From: Heterodontus francisci
Lineage: Eukaryota
Direction: 5' to 3'
DNA: 64,000 nucleotides
Assembly: GCF_036365525.1 (NCBI RefSeq)
Contig: NC_090399.1
Location: 31,404,430 to 31,468,429 of the forward strand
The first letter of the stretch is position 1. Every line of letters starts with the position of its first letter. The notes beneath the pieces are model-generated. The model had not been told where the DNA came from. It searched no databases and was given only the letters and a program-made list of their open reading frames with translations. Both the position numbers and the translations under genes were made by a program. Positions 1-11,889 of the stretch are shown piece after piece.

Positions 1-299
1 TTGCTGAGATGAGCTTCCGACCATATATTTGTGCCATCAATTACATCAAGGATTTCCCCACATCCACAACATCACCCAGACAACAGAAAAGGGAGCCATG
101 GGAATGGAGAAAGAGGTAGAGAGCTAGTCTTACAGAAATTTCTCTTGATTTCTGTCTCCCCCCTCTCATTTCCACATTTCTCTCTTTATCACCATTTTTC
201 CCCAGGGTGGAGTGGATTTTGGGATTGAGACTGGGATCTACGTCGCCAGATACATCCTGAGTGCGCTGATTGCAAACTCCATCACGTAACCAAAGTCCT

Positions 300-1090
300 A
301 TACATATGCAGCAAGACTTCCTTACGCATGTTCCAATCCCCTTGCTATATAAGCCAACATACCATTTGCCTTCCTAATTGCTGGCTGCCCCTACATGTTA
401 AGTTTTGGTGATTTGTGTACAAGGACACCCAAATCCCTTTGAACACCAACATTTAATATAAAAGAAAAATACTGCTGATGCTGGAAATCTGAAATAAAAA
501 CAGAAAATAGTGGAGAGACTCAACAGATAAGGCAGCATCTGTCGACAGTTAACGTTTTAAGTCTGTTACCTTTCATCAGAACCAAGTTTCCGTTTCTCTC
601 TCCACAGATGTGCCTGACCTATGAAGTATCAACATTTAATAGTTTCACACTACTTAAAAATATTCTTTTTTTTCATTCTTCCTGTCAAAGTGAGTAACCT
701 CTCATTTATACACGCTAAGTTCCCAGCTATCACTTTCTTTCCCATTCACTTAAACCGTCCATATCCCTTTCCAGCCTTTCTGTGTCCTCCTCACTTTTCC
801 CACCTAACTTTGTATCATCCCCAAACTTGGATACATGACACTCAATCCTTCATCTGAGTCATTGATATAGATTGTAAATAGTTGCAGCTTTAATACTGAT
901 CCATGTAGCAGCAACTAGGACCAGCCTGCCAACTTGAAAATGATTCATGTATTCATACTCTCTATTTTCTATCCTTTCGCCAATGTTCCATTCAAGCTAA
1001 TATATTAGCTCTGAGCCCAGGAGCCATTATCTTCTTCCATAATGTTTCAAGAGGCACCTTATTGAATCCCATTCAAAAATCCAAATATCC
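300..1090 (-). mobile_element. Degraded CR1-type LINE RT-region fragment
   Basis: The reverse complement resembles the + strand CR1 RT pieces at 3715-4200 and 15050-16392. It is interrupted by the Penelope insert at 459-629. Confidence 0.65.
459..629. mobile_element. Penelope pLTR-end insertion with inverted segment and 12-bp TSD
   Basis: A minus-strand pLTR 3' end is followed by a partial plus-strand copy. CAACATTTAATA flanks it at 447-458 and 630-641. Confidence 0.75.
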
Positions 1091-1644
1091 TTCTGTAACT
1101 CGCTGGCCCTCGGTCACCTTCTGGATTATGATCAGATGCTGCAAATATTGTTACAGTCAGTACACGTGGTAGCTTAATGTTACAATAAGATATTATAATC
1201 TCTATTCAGATAACTGTCATCCCACAGGGGCAAAATTTCACTCTGTTAACATTCTCACCAAACACTAAAGCATTCCGCAATGCAAGGTTCACAAATGCAA
1301 CACAAGTTTCCTTTTAACGGTCTCCGTGGTCTGTTTTGATTCTTTGATAGATTATTGGTTCTTATCCTCCACCTGAGCAGTCGTCCTAATCTCGTGTGCC
1401 TGTCTGGTCCCATACACGGCATCAGGTTACAATAAGACAAGTAACACAGGAGCGTCTCAGTGACTGAGGCAGGTGAGTCTTGAGCTTGACGTCTGAGTGA
1501 ACCGAGTTAATCCAACACGCCCAAGTGCCGTTTCTAGCCCGAGGTTTCCTTGTCCTACCCAGTGAATTTCCAATGCTCCCAAACCAATAGTGAGAAATGT
1601 GAGGGTGAATCCATTTTGCCTGGGAAATGGGGTAGTTCTGTAAG

Positions 1645-2000
1645 TTTTTTTTCCAAAAATATACTTTATTCATAAAAATGTATTCATGAAAATACACTAC
1701 ATAACAGTTCAAATTTGACTTTACAGAAAGCACAATACAGATCAGTTTCTTTCAATGCAGTACATGAGGTGGCTTATTGCACTTTGCCATTACAAGTTAT
1801 ATTTACAATGTGCATTTACTTGATATGTCATACATTCTTTGGTGCATACAGCCGTGGGGTTTTGCACAAGTTCCAACCCCTCAGTTCACTATGGCGGGAG
1901 GACCTTACAAAGTGGCCTTTCCCCATTGAGCCTTTGTGGCGGCTACCCCAAGCTTTAGTGTGTCCCTCAGCACGTAGTCCTGGACCTTGCAATGTCCCGG
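1645..2000 (-). mobile_element. Tx1/L1-like retrotransposon 3' end
   Basis: Reverse complement of the 3' ends at 21180-21500 and 38820-39150. The same GLRAEGHTKAWGSRHKGSMGKG-like peptide appears in the ORF track. Confidence 0.75.
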
Positions 2001-2439
2001 TCTGCAAGTGGGTGGGGTTAAGCAGCTGCAAAGCACCCTTCCTATCCACATTTTAAATTGCAGCCCTGGTAAAGGTAGCAGGAGACATACCACACATTAA
2101 ACTAGTTTTTTAAAATTATTTACTTAACCGATTTTGACTGCAAGATTAACAAGTAAGCAACTTAACTGGCACCAAGGTTCCTACATCTATCCGAGCTAAT
2201 TTCACAGATTATCCAATTCGGAAGATAAGCCTCCTGCTAAGAGCCCTTCTCCCCCTTCACCTACTTTCACTTTCATAATATCGCCTGACTTCATCACTTT
2301 CTCAGTTCATCCAGGCAGTTGTTACCTCAAGACTCCACTATTCCAATGCTCTCCTGACCGGCTTCCCACATTCCACCTTCCACAAACCTGAGGTCATAAC
2401 CTCTGCTGCTTCGACCTTTGCTCACACCAAGTCCCACCT

Positions 2440-3014
2440 GCTAAGTGGCAAGTAACATTTGCACCACACAAGTGCCAGGCAATGAATATCTCTAACAAGA
2501 GAGAATCTAACCATCTCCCCTTGGTATTCAACGGCATTAGCATTGCTCAATCTCCCACTTTCAGCACCCTGGGGTTACCATTGACCAGAAACTGAACTAG
2601 AGTAGCCATATAAATACTGTGGCTACAAGAGCAGGTCAGAGGCTAGGAATTCTGCGGCGCGTAGCCCACCTCCTGACCTCCCCAAAGATTCTCCAACATC
2701 TCCAAGGCATAAATCAGGAGTGTGGGAATACTCTCCACTTGCCTGGATGGGTGTAGCTCCAACAACACTCAAGAAGCTCGACACCATCCTGGACAAAGCA
2801 GGTCGCTTGGTTGGCATGCCATGCACAACATTCACTCCCTCCAACACTGACGCACAGTGACAGCAGTGTGCAGCATATACAAGATGCACTGCAGCAACTC
2901 ACCAAGGCTCCTTCGACAGCACCTTCTAAACCCTCAACCTCTACCACGTAGATGAACAAGGGCAGCAGATGCATGGGAACACCACCAACTGGAAATTCTT
3001 TTCCAGGCCACACA
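2440..3014 (+). mobile_element. CR1-type LINE (family B) RT C-terminus and 3' region
   Basis: Colinear with the reverse complement of copies at 31268-33065 and 43375-45600 (AWMGAAPTTLKKLDTIQDKAA-like segment). Confidence 0.8.
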
Positions 3015-3250
3015 TGATCATATGACCATAAGAAATAGGAACAGGATAGGCCATTCCACCCCTCGAGCCTGCTCGGCCATTTAACAAGATCATGGCTGAT
3101 CTGATTGTGGCCTTAACTCCACTTCCCCGCTTACCCGCCCCCGCCCCGGCGCCCTCCCCATAACCTTTGACTCCCTTGCAGATCAAAAATTTGTCGAACT
3201 CAGCTTTTAATATGTTCAATGACCCAGCTTCCACTGCTGTCTGGGAAAGA
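3015..3250 (-). mobile_element. CR1-type LINE (family A) 3' tail
   Basis: Reverse complement of the tail at 16200-16392 (atcagccatgatctt...gaatggc...cctattcctatttcttatg). Confidence 0.75.
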
Positions 3251-3404
3251 GATGTCTTATTACACTGGGTTTATCAAAGGTAATTTAAAGTGATAGTTCA
3301 TCTTCCGTTGATCTGGATAACGCCCGGTTAAACTGGATTCATTCAACTTGATTGAAAGAGCCACCACCTCTTCTGGTGACCTAGATTGAATACCATGAAA
3401 AAAG

Positions 3405-3535
3405 TAAAATACTGCAAATACTGGAAATCTGAAATAAAAACAAAAAATGCTGGAAATGCTCAGCAGGTTTGGCAGCTTCAGTGGAGATAGGAGCAGAGTT
3501 AATGTTTCAGGTTCATGACCTTTGATTAGAATTTT
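3405..3535 (-). mobile_element. Penelope pLTR 3' fragment (degraded)
   Basis: Contains the motif gctggaaatctgaaataaaaac...ctcagcagg...gttaatgtttcagg shared with the other pLTR copies. Confidence 0.7.
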
Positions 3536-3714
3536 TTTTAATTTTTATTATGTAACCCACAATATACAGCAACCGTGAAATTACCGGTCCAGTCAAACAC
3601 ATGATATTCATTCAGGGAGAGTATAATTCTCATCTTGCCAGTCAAAGCTAGACCAGGTCCGCTGCCACTAAGCTTTTTTGTGCTGTATCTTTTATAGTCT
3701 TAATAATATTATGT

Positions 3715-4572
3715 TAATTGTAGAGGATGTTGCAACTAGACACTTAGAAAATAATATGATTGGGCTGAGTCAACATGGATTTGTGAAAGGGAAATCATGT
3801 TTGACAAGTCTTTTGGAGTTTTTGAGGATGTTACTTGTAGCATTGATAAAGGAGAACCAGTGGATGTGGTGCATTGGGATTTTCAGAAGTATTTTGACAA
3901 GGTCCCACACAGAAGGTTAAGAAACAAAATTAGAGCACATGGGATTTGGGGGAATATAAAGAAATGGATCGAGACTTGGTTAACAGACAGAAAGCAAAGA
4001 GTAGGAATAAACGGGTCATTCTCTGGATGGCAGGCTGTTCCACTAGGGGTACCACAAGGATCAGTGCTTGGGCCACAGCTGTTTACAATCTTTATAAATG
4101 ATTTGGGTGTGGGGATCAAATTTAATTTCCAAATTTTTTGGTGACACAAACTAGGTGTGAATGTAAGTTATGAGGAGGTTGCAAGGTGGCTTCAAGGGGA
4201 ATTGGACACCTTGCAGGACAATGCATCCCTCTTGATCGGCACCCATCCACCACCTTAAACATTCATTCCTTCCACCACCAACATACAGTGGCAGCAATGT
4301 GTACCATCTACAAGAAACACTGCAGCAACTCACCAAGGGTCCTTCAACAGCATCTTCCAAGCCACACACCATCCTGTCTTGGAACTATATCCTTGTTCCT
4401 TCACTGTGTTGGGTCAAAATTCTCCCTCGCAGCACTGTGCTTGTACCGACACCACATGGACTGCACCAGTTCAAGAAGGAAGCTCACTACCACCTTTTCA
4501 AGGGCAATTCAGGATGAGCAATAAATGCTGGCCTTGTCAGCAATGCTCACATCCCATGAACGAATACAAAAT
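3715..4572 (+). mobile_element. CR1 RT fragment (3715-4200) joined to a family B LINE 3' tail (about 4200-4572)
   Basis: ORF-track peptides QHGFVKGKSCLTSLLEF, DFQKYFDKVPH and GVPQGSVLGPQLFTIFINDL. The tail ends gcaataaatgctggcc...cacatcccatgaacgaata. Confidence 0.85.
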
Positions 4573-4584
4573 AAGAATGTATAT

Positions 4585-4725
4585 AACTATGCTACCAGTT
4601 CCAGTAGGCATTTCCTGTTGGCGGGACAGGGCATACACTGGTATGATGGTGGAGGTGTCAGGGAAATTGGCTGAAACGTATGACTCAGTGAGTGTGACTA
4701 TGCCAGGCTGTGGGACAGCCATATG
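4585..4725 (-). mobile_element. CR1-type endonuclease fragment abutting the truncated Gypsy
   Basis: The peptide GIVTLTESYVSANFPDTSTIIPVYALSRQQ resembles the N-terminal APE motif. Confidence 0.5.
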
Positions 4726-4729
4726 AGTT

Positions 4730-6413
4730 CCTATGAGTAGATCAATTCCCTTTACTGGTAAACTGTGGACAACACCTACAGTTACTATCCCAGATTTTTA
4801 AGTCACTTTAGTGGTGTACTTTATACAAAGGTACAGGTATACATACCTCGCCAATTCCATTAACTAAAACTTTAGAGCTCAAGTCGCTCTCTGGTGGAAA
4901 CCTCATATCTTTCCCCAGCTAGAGAGTTTGGGTTGCTCCTGTGTCCCTGAGTATAATGATAGGTTTTCCTGCCTCACTTACAGGATACGGAGTTACTCTC
5001 CCCTTTGACAAAAATTCATTATAACTCTCAGGTATTTTATTCTTAACCTTTACACTACTGTTAGTTATGGTATCTGGTTTTGCATTTGCAGCTGTCATTA
5101 ATGTTATAGCCTGGCCTGCTATACTCTCAGTCAGAGTCTTTTCCTCTGCACTAACTTTGCATACCCTAACAAGTCCTATGGGTTTACTTTGCAGTTTACA
5201 GCACTCTGAACGAAGATGACCCGCTTTGTTGCAATGATAACACATTGGCTTGTGAACCTTACTTCTACCCTGAGCACCTTCTTTTCCGATCTGAGGAGGT
5301 AATCCTGGGGCATTCCCAGCAGCTCCTTCTTGCCCCTGGCTACTTGCCTTCCTTTCAATCTCCCCCTTTCTATCCTTCTCGGGTTTATAGGGGTGATGGA
5401 CAAAATAGGTTGGCTTATTCACACACTCAAAATCATCAGCAATCTCTGCTGCGTGCCTCGCTGTTAAATCTTTCAGGTTATCTATATGAGTTCTTACTAC
5501 TGAAGGAATGGAGTTTTTAAACTCTTCTAAGAGAAATAATTTTCAAAGGTTCTCATATGTGGTTTCTATCTTTAATGCCCGTATCCAACAGTCAAAATTC
5601 ATTTGCCTCACCCTCTCAAATTCTAAATATGTCTGCCCAGCCAATTTCCATAAGTTCCTAAACTTCTGTCGGTAAGCTTCAGGGACTAACTCATATGCAG
5701 TGAGAATAGCCTTTTTTGCCATCTCATAATCTGCAGAAGCCTCTTCAGAAAGCATGGCATAAGCTTCATGAGCCCTGCCTACCAACCTGCCCTGCATGAG
5801 TAATGTCCAGCCATTTCATCTGTTTGGCTATTGTTTCAAAAGATATGAAAAATGCGTTTACATCCCTTTCCTTAAACATAGAAAGACCCTTTATAAATTG
5901 AAACAACTTCTCACTGGGTCCTGATCTAAACTCAGATTCTTCCTGACCCGATGTTTTTCTGGATTCAAGACTACCCTTTTGTCTTAGTTCCATCTCATTT
6001 AACATAAATTCCCTCTCTTCTCTTTCACTTTCTCGCCGAAATGCTCTCTCTTTCTCCTTTTCCCCTTTTTCCAATTCAAGTTTTCTTAATTCTTCATCTA
6101 CCACAATTTTGTTCGCTTCCATCTGAAACCTAGAGAATACCATTACATCTCTTTCGGACCAGCTACCTTCATGTCTCTGGTATTCCCTTTCTTGTTTCTC
6201 ATATTGCCCTTCATCTGTATTATCATCATCATCTTCTACTAATTCCAGATGTTCGGCTATTATGTCAATTATCTCTGCTTTTTTGGCACCTTATTTCAAC
6301 TCCAATCCCAATTTCGCTGCCATGTCTTTTAATTTGTTCTTAGTTAAAGTTATCAAGTCACTCATGGAAACATTCTGCTTTCCCAAAAACTCTGCTATAG
6401 CTAAGAATGCCAT
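4730..6413 (-). pseudogene. Frameshifted gag-protease of the Gypsy element
   Basis: Coiled coil, then the SCAN/capsid-like AYELVPEAYRQKFRN...LLEEF, the zinc knuckle CYHCNKAGHLRSEC and the protease motif ILRDTGATQTL, spread over several frames. Confidence 0.85.
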
Positions 6414-6486
6414 TACAATTGTTTAGACTGTACCTTATTATACAAGAGACCTGGTTCTTTTAATTTCTTTGCAATAGTTGTCAGAT

Positions 6487-6803
6487 TTTGATCACAACAA
6501 TCAAGTTTCCAATTTATAAGATCCCAGACTCGAGAGCAATTAATTTGATGCCAAACGCAGGACCCCAATTTAGATATGTTATCCCAGAGACGAGTAATTA
6601 CTATGATTCCAAATGCGAGCCCTCCAGATTAGTCTGATTCTGATCCCAGATGCGGGCCACCAAATTAAATATGATTTAACTGCAAGTGAGACCCCAATTA
6701 AGATATGATTCAAATCCAGAAACCCGAATATATGTGATTCAAATCTTGAGTAAGCCCCCAATTACTATGCTTTTCCAATCCCAGACGAGAAACCCAATAA
6801 ATA
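6487..6803 (-). repeat. Tandem array of about 10 degenerate tRNA-Pro PBS-like units in the Gypsy leader
   Basis: Units of about 27-40 bp with approximate consensus AATTGGGGGCTCG(nn)TCTGGGATTTGAATCATAT. The + strand 6738-6760 TTCAAATCTTGAGTAAGCCCCCA matches the tRNA-Pro 3' end TTCAAATCCCGGACGAGCCCCCA at 17/23, and all mismatches are transitions. Confidence 0.7.
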
Positions 6804-7143
6804 TATCACGACTGACCGCTCCAGTCAAAGCCCCCAATCAAAACATACAATTCTGATTGTGGTGGGAGGAACGCACTGTTAATTCAATCCCATTGCTCCA
6901 AAGATCGCCTGAAATATCATTTATAACTTTCAAAATTAGAGGAAGACCAGCCAAATTGTACCATCTATTAACCCCCGAATGAGACTAACCATACCAGGTG
7001 TCTTTAAATCAACAAATTGACTGTTTAATTAGAAAAACTAAATTCTTAAGCACTATGAAGATGTAAACAATATTTAAAATACAAAAAAATAGAGTCCTTG
7101 CAAATTTACAGTCCAATGTTGTTTGAAGTCCTCAAAGACATCC

Positions 7144-7859
7144 TGCAGAACCAGTAAAACACATACAGTAAAAACACATATACCAAAAACACGTAAGAAC
7201 TTAATTAAAACAATGGGGCCAGTCACACAACAAAGAACAGTGCATTGAAGCGAGATGAGTAGAAAGGGGCACAGCACACAGATGAATTGCAGATATGATT
7301 ATAGAAAAGGTATTGAGGAGGATTCCAGAAACTGTCCTTGGACTTAGCAGATAGAGGGAGTCGTTATGGACACCAGATATGATTAAACTCTGAATAGACA
7401 ATGGGAAACTGTGAAGTTTTGAACAGGTTCTCACTGAGCCAAATAAGGAATTATCATTATGTCATTATACCCGACCTTTATGAGTAGGTAAGAGGGGCGG
7501 GTCTTAGAAACAAGATTTAACCCCTGACTGAAACTGAAGAAGGTACGAGAACCCAGGGGAGGAACACTCAAGAAGATACCCTCAGACAGGGGCTCAGAGA
7601 ACAGAAGAGCAGCCGCAAGTCCAAGACTGATCACCTCGTGTCTTGACGGGTAGTATACTGTACAGCTAGTGGGAGATTGTACTTTGATGAGTTTTGAGAC
7701 TGTACAACAAGTGAGAGCTTGTACTTTGATGAGTTTCGATACTGTACAAGTAGTGAGAGTTTGTACTTGATGAATTAGTGTGTGAATAAAATATTGATGT
7801 ACCTATCACCAATTGGATTCCATGGATTCTTTAAGAGTAAGTGTATATTAGGCACAACA
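7144..7859 (+). mobile_element. Probable solo LTR of another family nested in the Gypsy LTR
   Basis: Absent from the homologous LTR at 53047-53987. It has TG...CA ends, AATAAA near 7785 and three 42-bp tandem units at about 7657-7775. No clean TSD. Confidence 0.55.
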
Positions 7860-8162
7860 GTTTGATGTGGAAAAAAAGTTCTTCCACAGTAGAACAGTCC
7901 GTCGTCTAACTCCAGCAGTTCTTCTATGATGGATTTCAATAATTAACATCTTGAGAACACTTTCAATAGAATCAATCTGAATTTAGATTTTTTGCGGGAT
8001 AAAAGATTGTCACTGTCTAACTTCCCTTTCTTCAGTTCAAATTATCAGAGATTTTCCTTAGGCTTGTTTTTTTTTTAGAATTTGTGAGATAATAATAATT
8101 AAACAGACCAAAATTCTCTTCCTTCAGTTTAAATGCCTGAGTACTATTTTTCTGGTCCTAAC

Positions 8163-8470
8163 CAGGGTTCGATTTCAGGGTTCGATTCTGGGTACTGCCT
8201 GTGTGGAGTTTGCAAGTTCTCCCTGTGTCTGCGTGGGTTTTCTCCGGGTGCTCCGGTTTCCTCCCACAAGCCAAAAAGACTTGCAGGTTGATAGGTAAAT
8301 TGGCCATTATAAATTGTCACTAGTATAGGTAGGTGGTAGGGAAATATAGAGACAGGTGGGGATGTGGTAGGAATATGGGATTAGTGGAGGATTAGTATAA
8401 ATGGGTGGTTGATGGTCGGCACAGAGTCGGTGGGCCGAAGGGCCTATTTCAGTGCTGTATCTCTAATCTA
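8163..8470 (+). mobile_element. V-core tRNA-derived SINE (HE1-like), 5'-truncated
   Basis: B box gggttcgattc and V core tgtgtggagtttgca...ccggtttcctcccaca. Nearly the reverse complement of 49750-50096. Confidence 0.85.
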
Positions 8471-9897
8471 ACACGACAGCTGTCTGTTTGTTTGTGTTCC
8501 CTGTTCGAACAAACTGTCTTCAACTACAAAGCCAGTCCACAATTGAATTGCAACAAATGTATCACTTGATACTCACTCCAAGTGGCCATGTCCATGGTCA
8601 TGACAGTGCACCCTTTGAATCGCAGTTTCCAAATGGTTGTATCCAACGGCAACTGAAAATGCATTTTCTCTAACTCCGGAAGCCTGCTGGTTCTTAAAGC
8701 AGTACTGATCCTTTGCAAGCCTTAAAGGTACACCACATATTCCCGGGGAAAAAAACTACAGGACCATGACAATATGCATCAAGATGTTCCACCTACCTCT
8801 CTGCAACTCAACGCTTTCATTCTGATGCCTGTAGTCCCAACTATAACACACTGTTGTTTAGGGTAATTAAGGCATAGAATATACCATTATGGTTAGTTAC
8901 AAATAATCTCTAAATGCAAATAATATGTGACCTGATTTATATACATGCCTCTTTTGACTGCTGCACAGGAACTGCGAACTACATTGTCTGGTATATTGGC
9001 AGACTTTAGGCCTAAGATTGTCGAGCTTAATATAAAATGAAATTTGATTATAAATTAAAGTACAAGATGGATTCTCTTACTCTTGATATTGAAGTCGAAC
9101 ACTACAGAGATTGAACTACTCAGTATGACATTTTGCTTTCTGAATTATTTGCGTTAGAGTGGAGCCTGGATTGTCAATGCCTGCTGAAGCTGATTTGGGT
9201 ATTGAAGTAATATATTACATGTTAGAGCTAGATGAATATCTTGGGAAATGTTTCGATAAAATATAGACATATTGTGCCTGAACACATTGTAGAAGATGTT
9301 TATTAAATAACAGATGACAAGTACAACTAACTTCAGAACAGATGTATATGCAAGGTAATCAATTATTAGCAACTTTCCGATAAACTTATCAGTTCTGTTT
9401 ATTTGCATCAGCTTAGACTACTTGTGATAGATTATGCTGGTTTTCTTACAAGAGACAGCTGAAATGTGCATCTATTTTTGCATGATACTGAAAATGATTC
9501 ATATGTGATGTTAGTTATTGCATATCCAGCTTATGCAGAGTTCAAATAATTTACTTTCCTGTCCAAACATTGCAACACATTATTTGGCCAATGCTACAAA
9601 CTGGGAGAGGATTATACCTTCTGGGCACTATGTAGCGACATCATAAACGTGTGTGAACATTTCCTCAGATTACAGTTTCTCGGGAAATTGTAGAAATTGC
9701 TAGGAAAGAAACATTGAATTCTTCCTCATATGTTTCGAATGACTTTATTATACAACAACCAAAGCGAATGTATGTAGTCTCAAATAGCTACATACAAGAG
9801 AATTTGTTTCACTTAATCACAACAGCACTGGAAACCTTGCAGAAAGGTAAGAATCCCTTTGGTTTCTATGAGAAAATTTCGTTTCAGTAGAAAGCAA

Positions 9898-10050
9898 NNN
9901 NNNNNNNNNNNNNNNNNNNNNNNNNNNNNNNNNNNNNNNNNNNNNNNNNNNNNNNNNNNNNNNNNNNNNNNNNNNNNNNNNNNNNNNNNNNNNNNNNNNN
10001 NNNNNNNNNNNNNNNNNNNNNNNNNNNNNNNNNNNNNNNNNNNNNNNNNN
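9898..10050. other. Assembly gap (153 N)
   Basis: Run of n. Confidence 1.
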
Positions 10051-10675
10051 TCTTCTAAATGTGGAAAAATGTATAGTACTGGAGGCCAGCATACTAAATG
10101 GCTTCAAGATCAAAGCTGTAATTCCGCCAAACCACACTCAACCTTATCTTTATCTATGGATGATCGCGGTTTTCATTCTCTTTCATTGAAGTTCAGTGCA
10201 GAATATTGCACATAATCGACTTCATTTGCCTGTTTGAAGAGAAATAAAGTACCTTACTAAATATAATAATTATAGGCTAATAAACGTTTGCTTCTTTTGT
10301 TTTAATCGAACAACACATAAATATTAATTCATACATTAGAAATGTTTGTTGTGCATTTCCTGTCCAATTTCCTTTGTCACTCTTTTCCCTCGGCTTTTCT
10401 GTCAACATTTAACACTGAACTTTAAAATGGCATCCGACAGTTAAGCAGTTGCAGGAAACCATGTAGTTGCCAACACTAGCTACTCAGTGAATTCGATTTC
10501 TATCATGTATATAAAAATATATTCATTAACTTACAGTCCGCAAAGTCACAGGCAACTTACTAACCTTGTTTCACTTTTTCTTTCTTCCTTGCATTCATTA
10601 TAAAATGACAATAATATGGTTAGAATTTCATCTGAATAATCCTGGATTGATTTATTATCAAAATTATTGTTATTG

Positions 10676-10820
10676 TGCAGCACCTGTGGAAGAGCCTGTC
10701 ACTCCAGAATTGGCGTTTATAGCCACTCCAGACGCTGCTTCACAAACCACTGACCACCTCTAGGCGCGTATCCATTGTATCTCGAGATAAGGAGGCCCAA
10801 AAGAAAAGAAGAAAGAAGAA
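10676..10820 (+). mobile_element. Short 5'-truncated RTE copy with (A)AGA tail and TSD
   Basis: Near-identical to the reverse complement of 40339-40470. ATTGTTATT flanks it at 10666-10674 and 10820-10828. Confidence 0.9.
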
Positions 10821-11889
10821 TTGTTATTTATAATATTTTACAATTAAACATTTTCAGATGTTACAAGTGCATTCCTTGATGCAGTAGTAAATGATAGAAA
10901 ATAAAAGGGTCCTGGGCTGATTCTTTTAACTGAGCTGTTGGGCTAGCTGAACGAGCGCTACAAATTACTCAATTACCCTTCGGCTATAGTGGTAAAAATA
11001 AGCAGTAGAGCTTTCATTGTTACTGAAGGCCTGCTTGAAAGTGCAATTACAAAGGGCTTCGCTCTGATGTTCATTATCGCTCGAGAACCCGACGACGCTC
11101 TCTCAAGAGGCTCACAGCTAATGGTTTAACGCTACTGTGCGCTTCAGGACAACAGGCAACACTGGACCCATAACTCAATATCAAAGCAGAGATGAAGAAA
11201 AATATTGAACAATATCGATTGTTCAGAATTTTTATTGGAACCTCGATTGTAATCAAATTAAGCTGGACTGATTAACACTAGGATGAAATTGATACAACTC
11301 GTTTGAAATTGGAAAACATGTAGGCAAATTATTACAGAATTGTTACAAGTGTGGAAAAGGTTAATCAGACTGACTTTTAATCTGCTAGAGTAAGAGTGCT
11401 GTTGATTTTCTTTATATTGTAGCAATATTATCTTCTAACTTTTTTGTGAAGGAGAGAAGAAAAAGCAAGTTTTAAATTAAACGTTTGAACTGAGACTGAC
11501 CAGAAGGCATTGGTTGCATTTAACATAAAGTAACCATTGTCATAATGAGGAATCTTAATTTCAGTGGCTCATAAGTTTCAAGAAGCTGTAATTAATAATA
11601 TGGGTGCAAGGACAACAGTTCACACACCTCCCACCCCCCCCCCCTCCCCCCCCAACCACCCCTAAAAAAAAGAACAGGGCAAATATCATCTTCTCAATTC
11701 GGGTTTGTAGAGCGTGAGGGAATTAATTGCTGTTCAAATGCGAAAGAATGAACATAAACATAATTAATCATTTTCCCTTGATGAAATTGCAATTGTATGT
11801 AACAAGAGAGACATGAGCGATAAGATAATGAACTAGGAAAGTTATCACAATGGAAATAGCTTGTTAATAAGGAAACCAGTGTATTAATT

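Larger units (their letters stand above)
4730..8771 (-). mobile_element. Gmr1-like (SCAN-gag) Gypsy LTR retrotransposon, 3'-truncated; 5' LTR at about 6804-8771 with nested insertions
   Basis: LTR, leader and gag are colinear with the + strand copy at 53047-55397. The LTR begins TGTCATG at 8771. Confidence 0.85.

Noticed and set aside
6487-6803. CRISPR-like repeat-spacer array
   Set aside because: Eukaryotic LTR-element context, degenerate units without distinct spacers, and no cas genes. Better explained as PBS-like repeats.
9817-10215. ORFs spanning the N run
   Set aside because: Artefacts of translating the gap.
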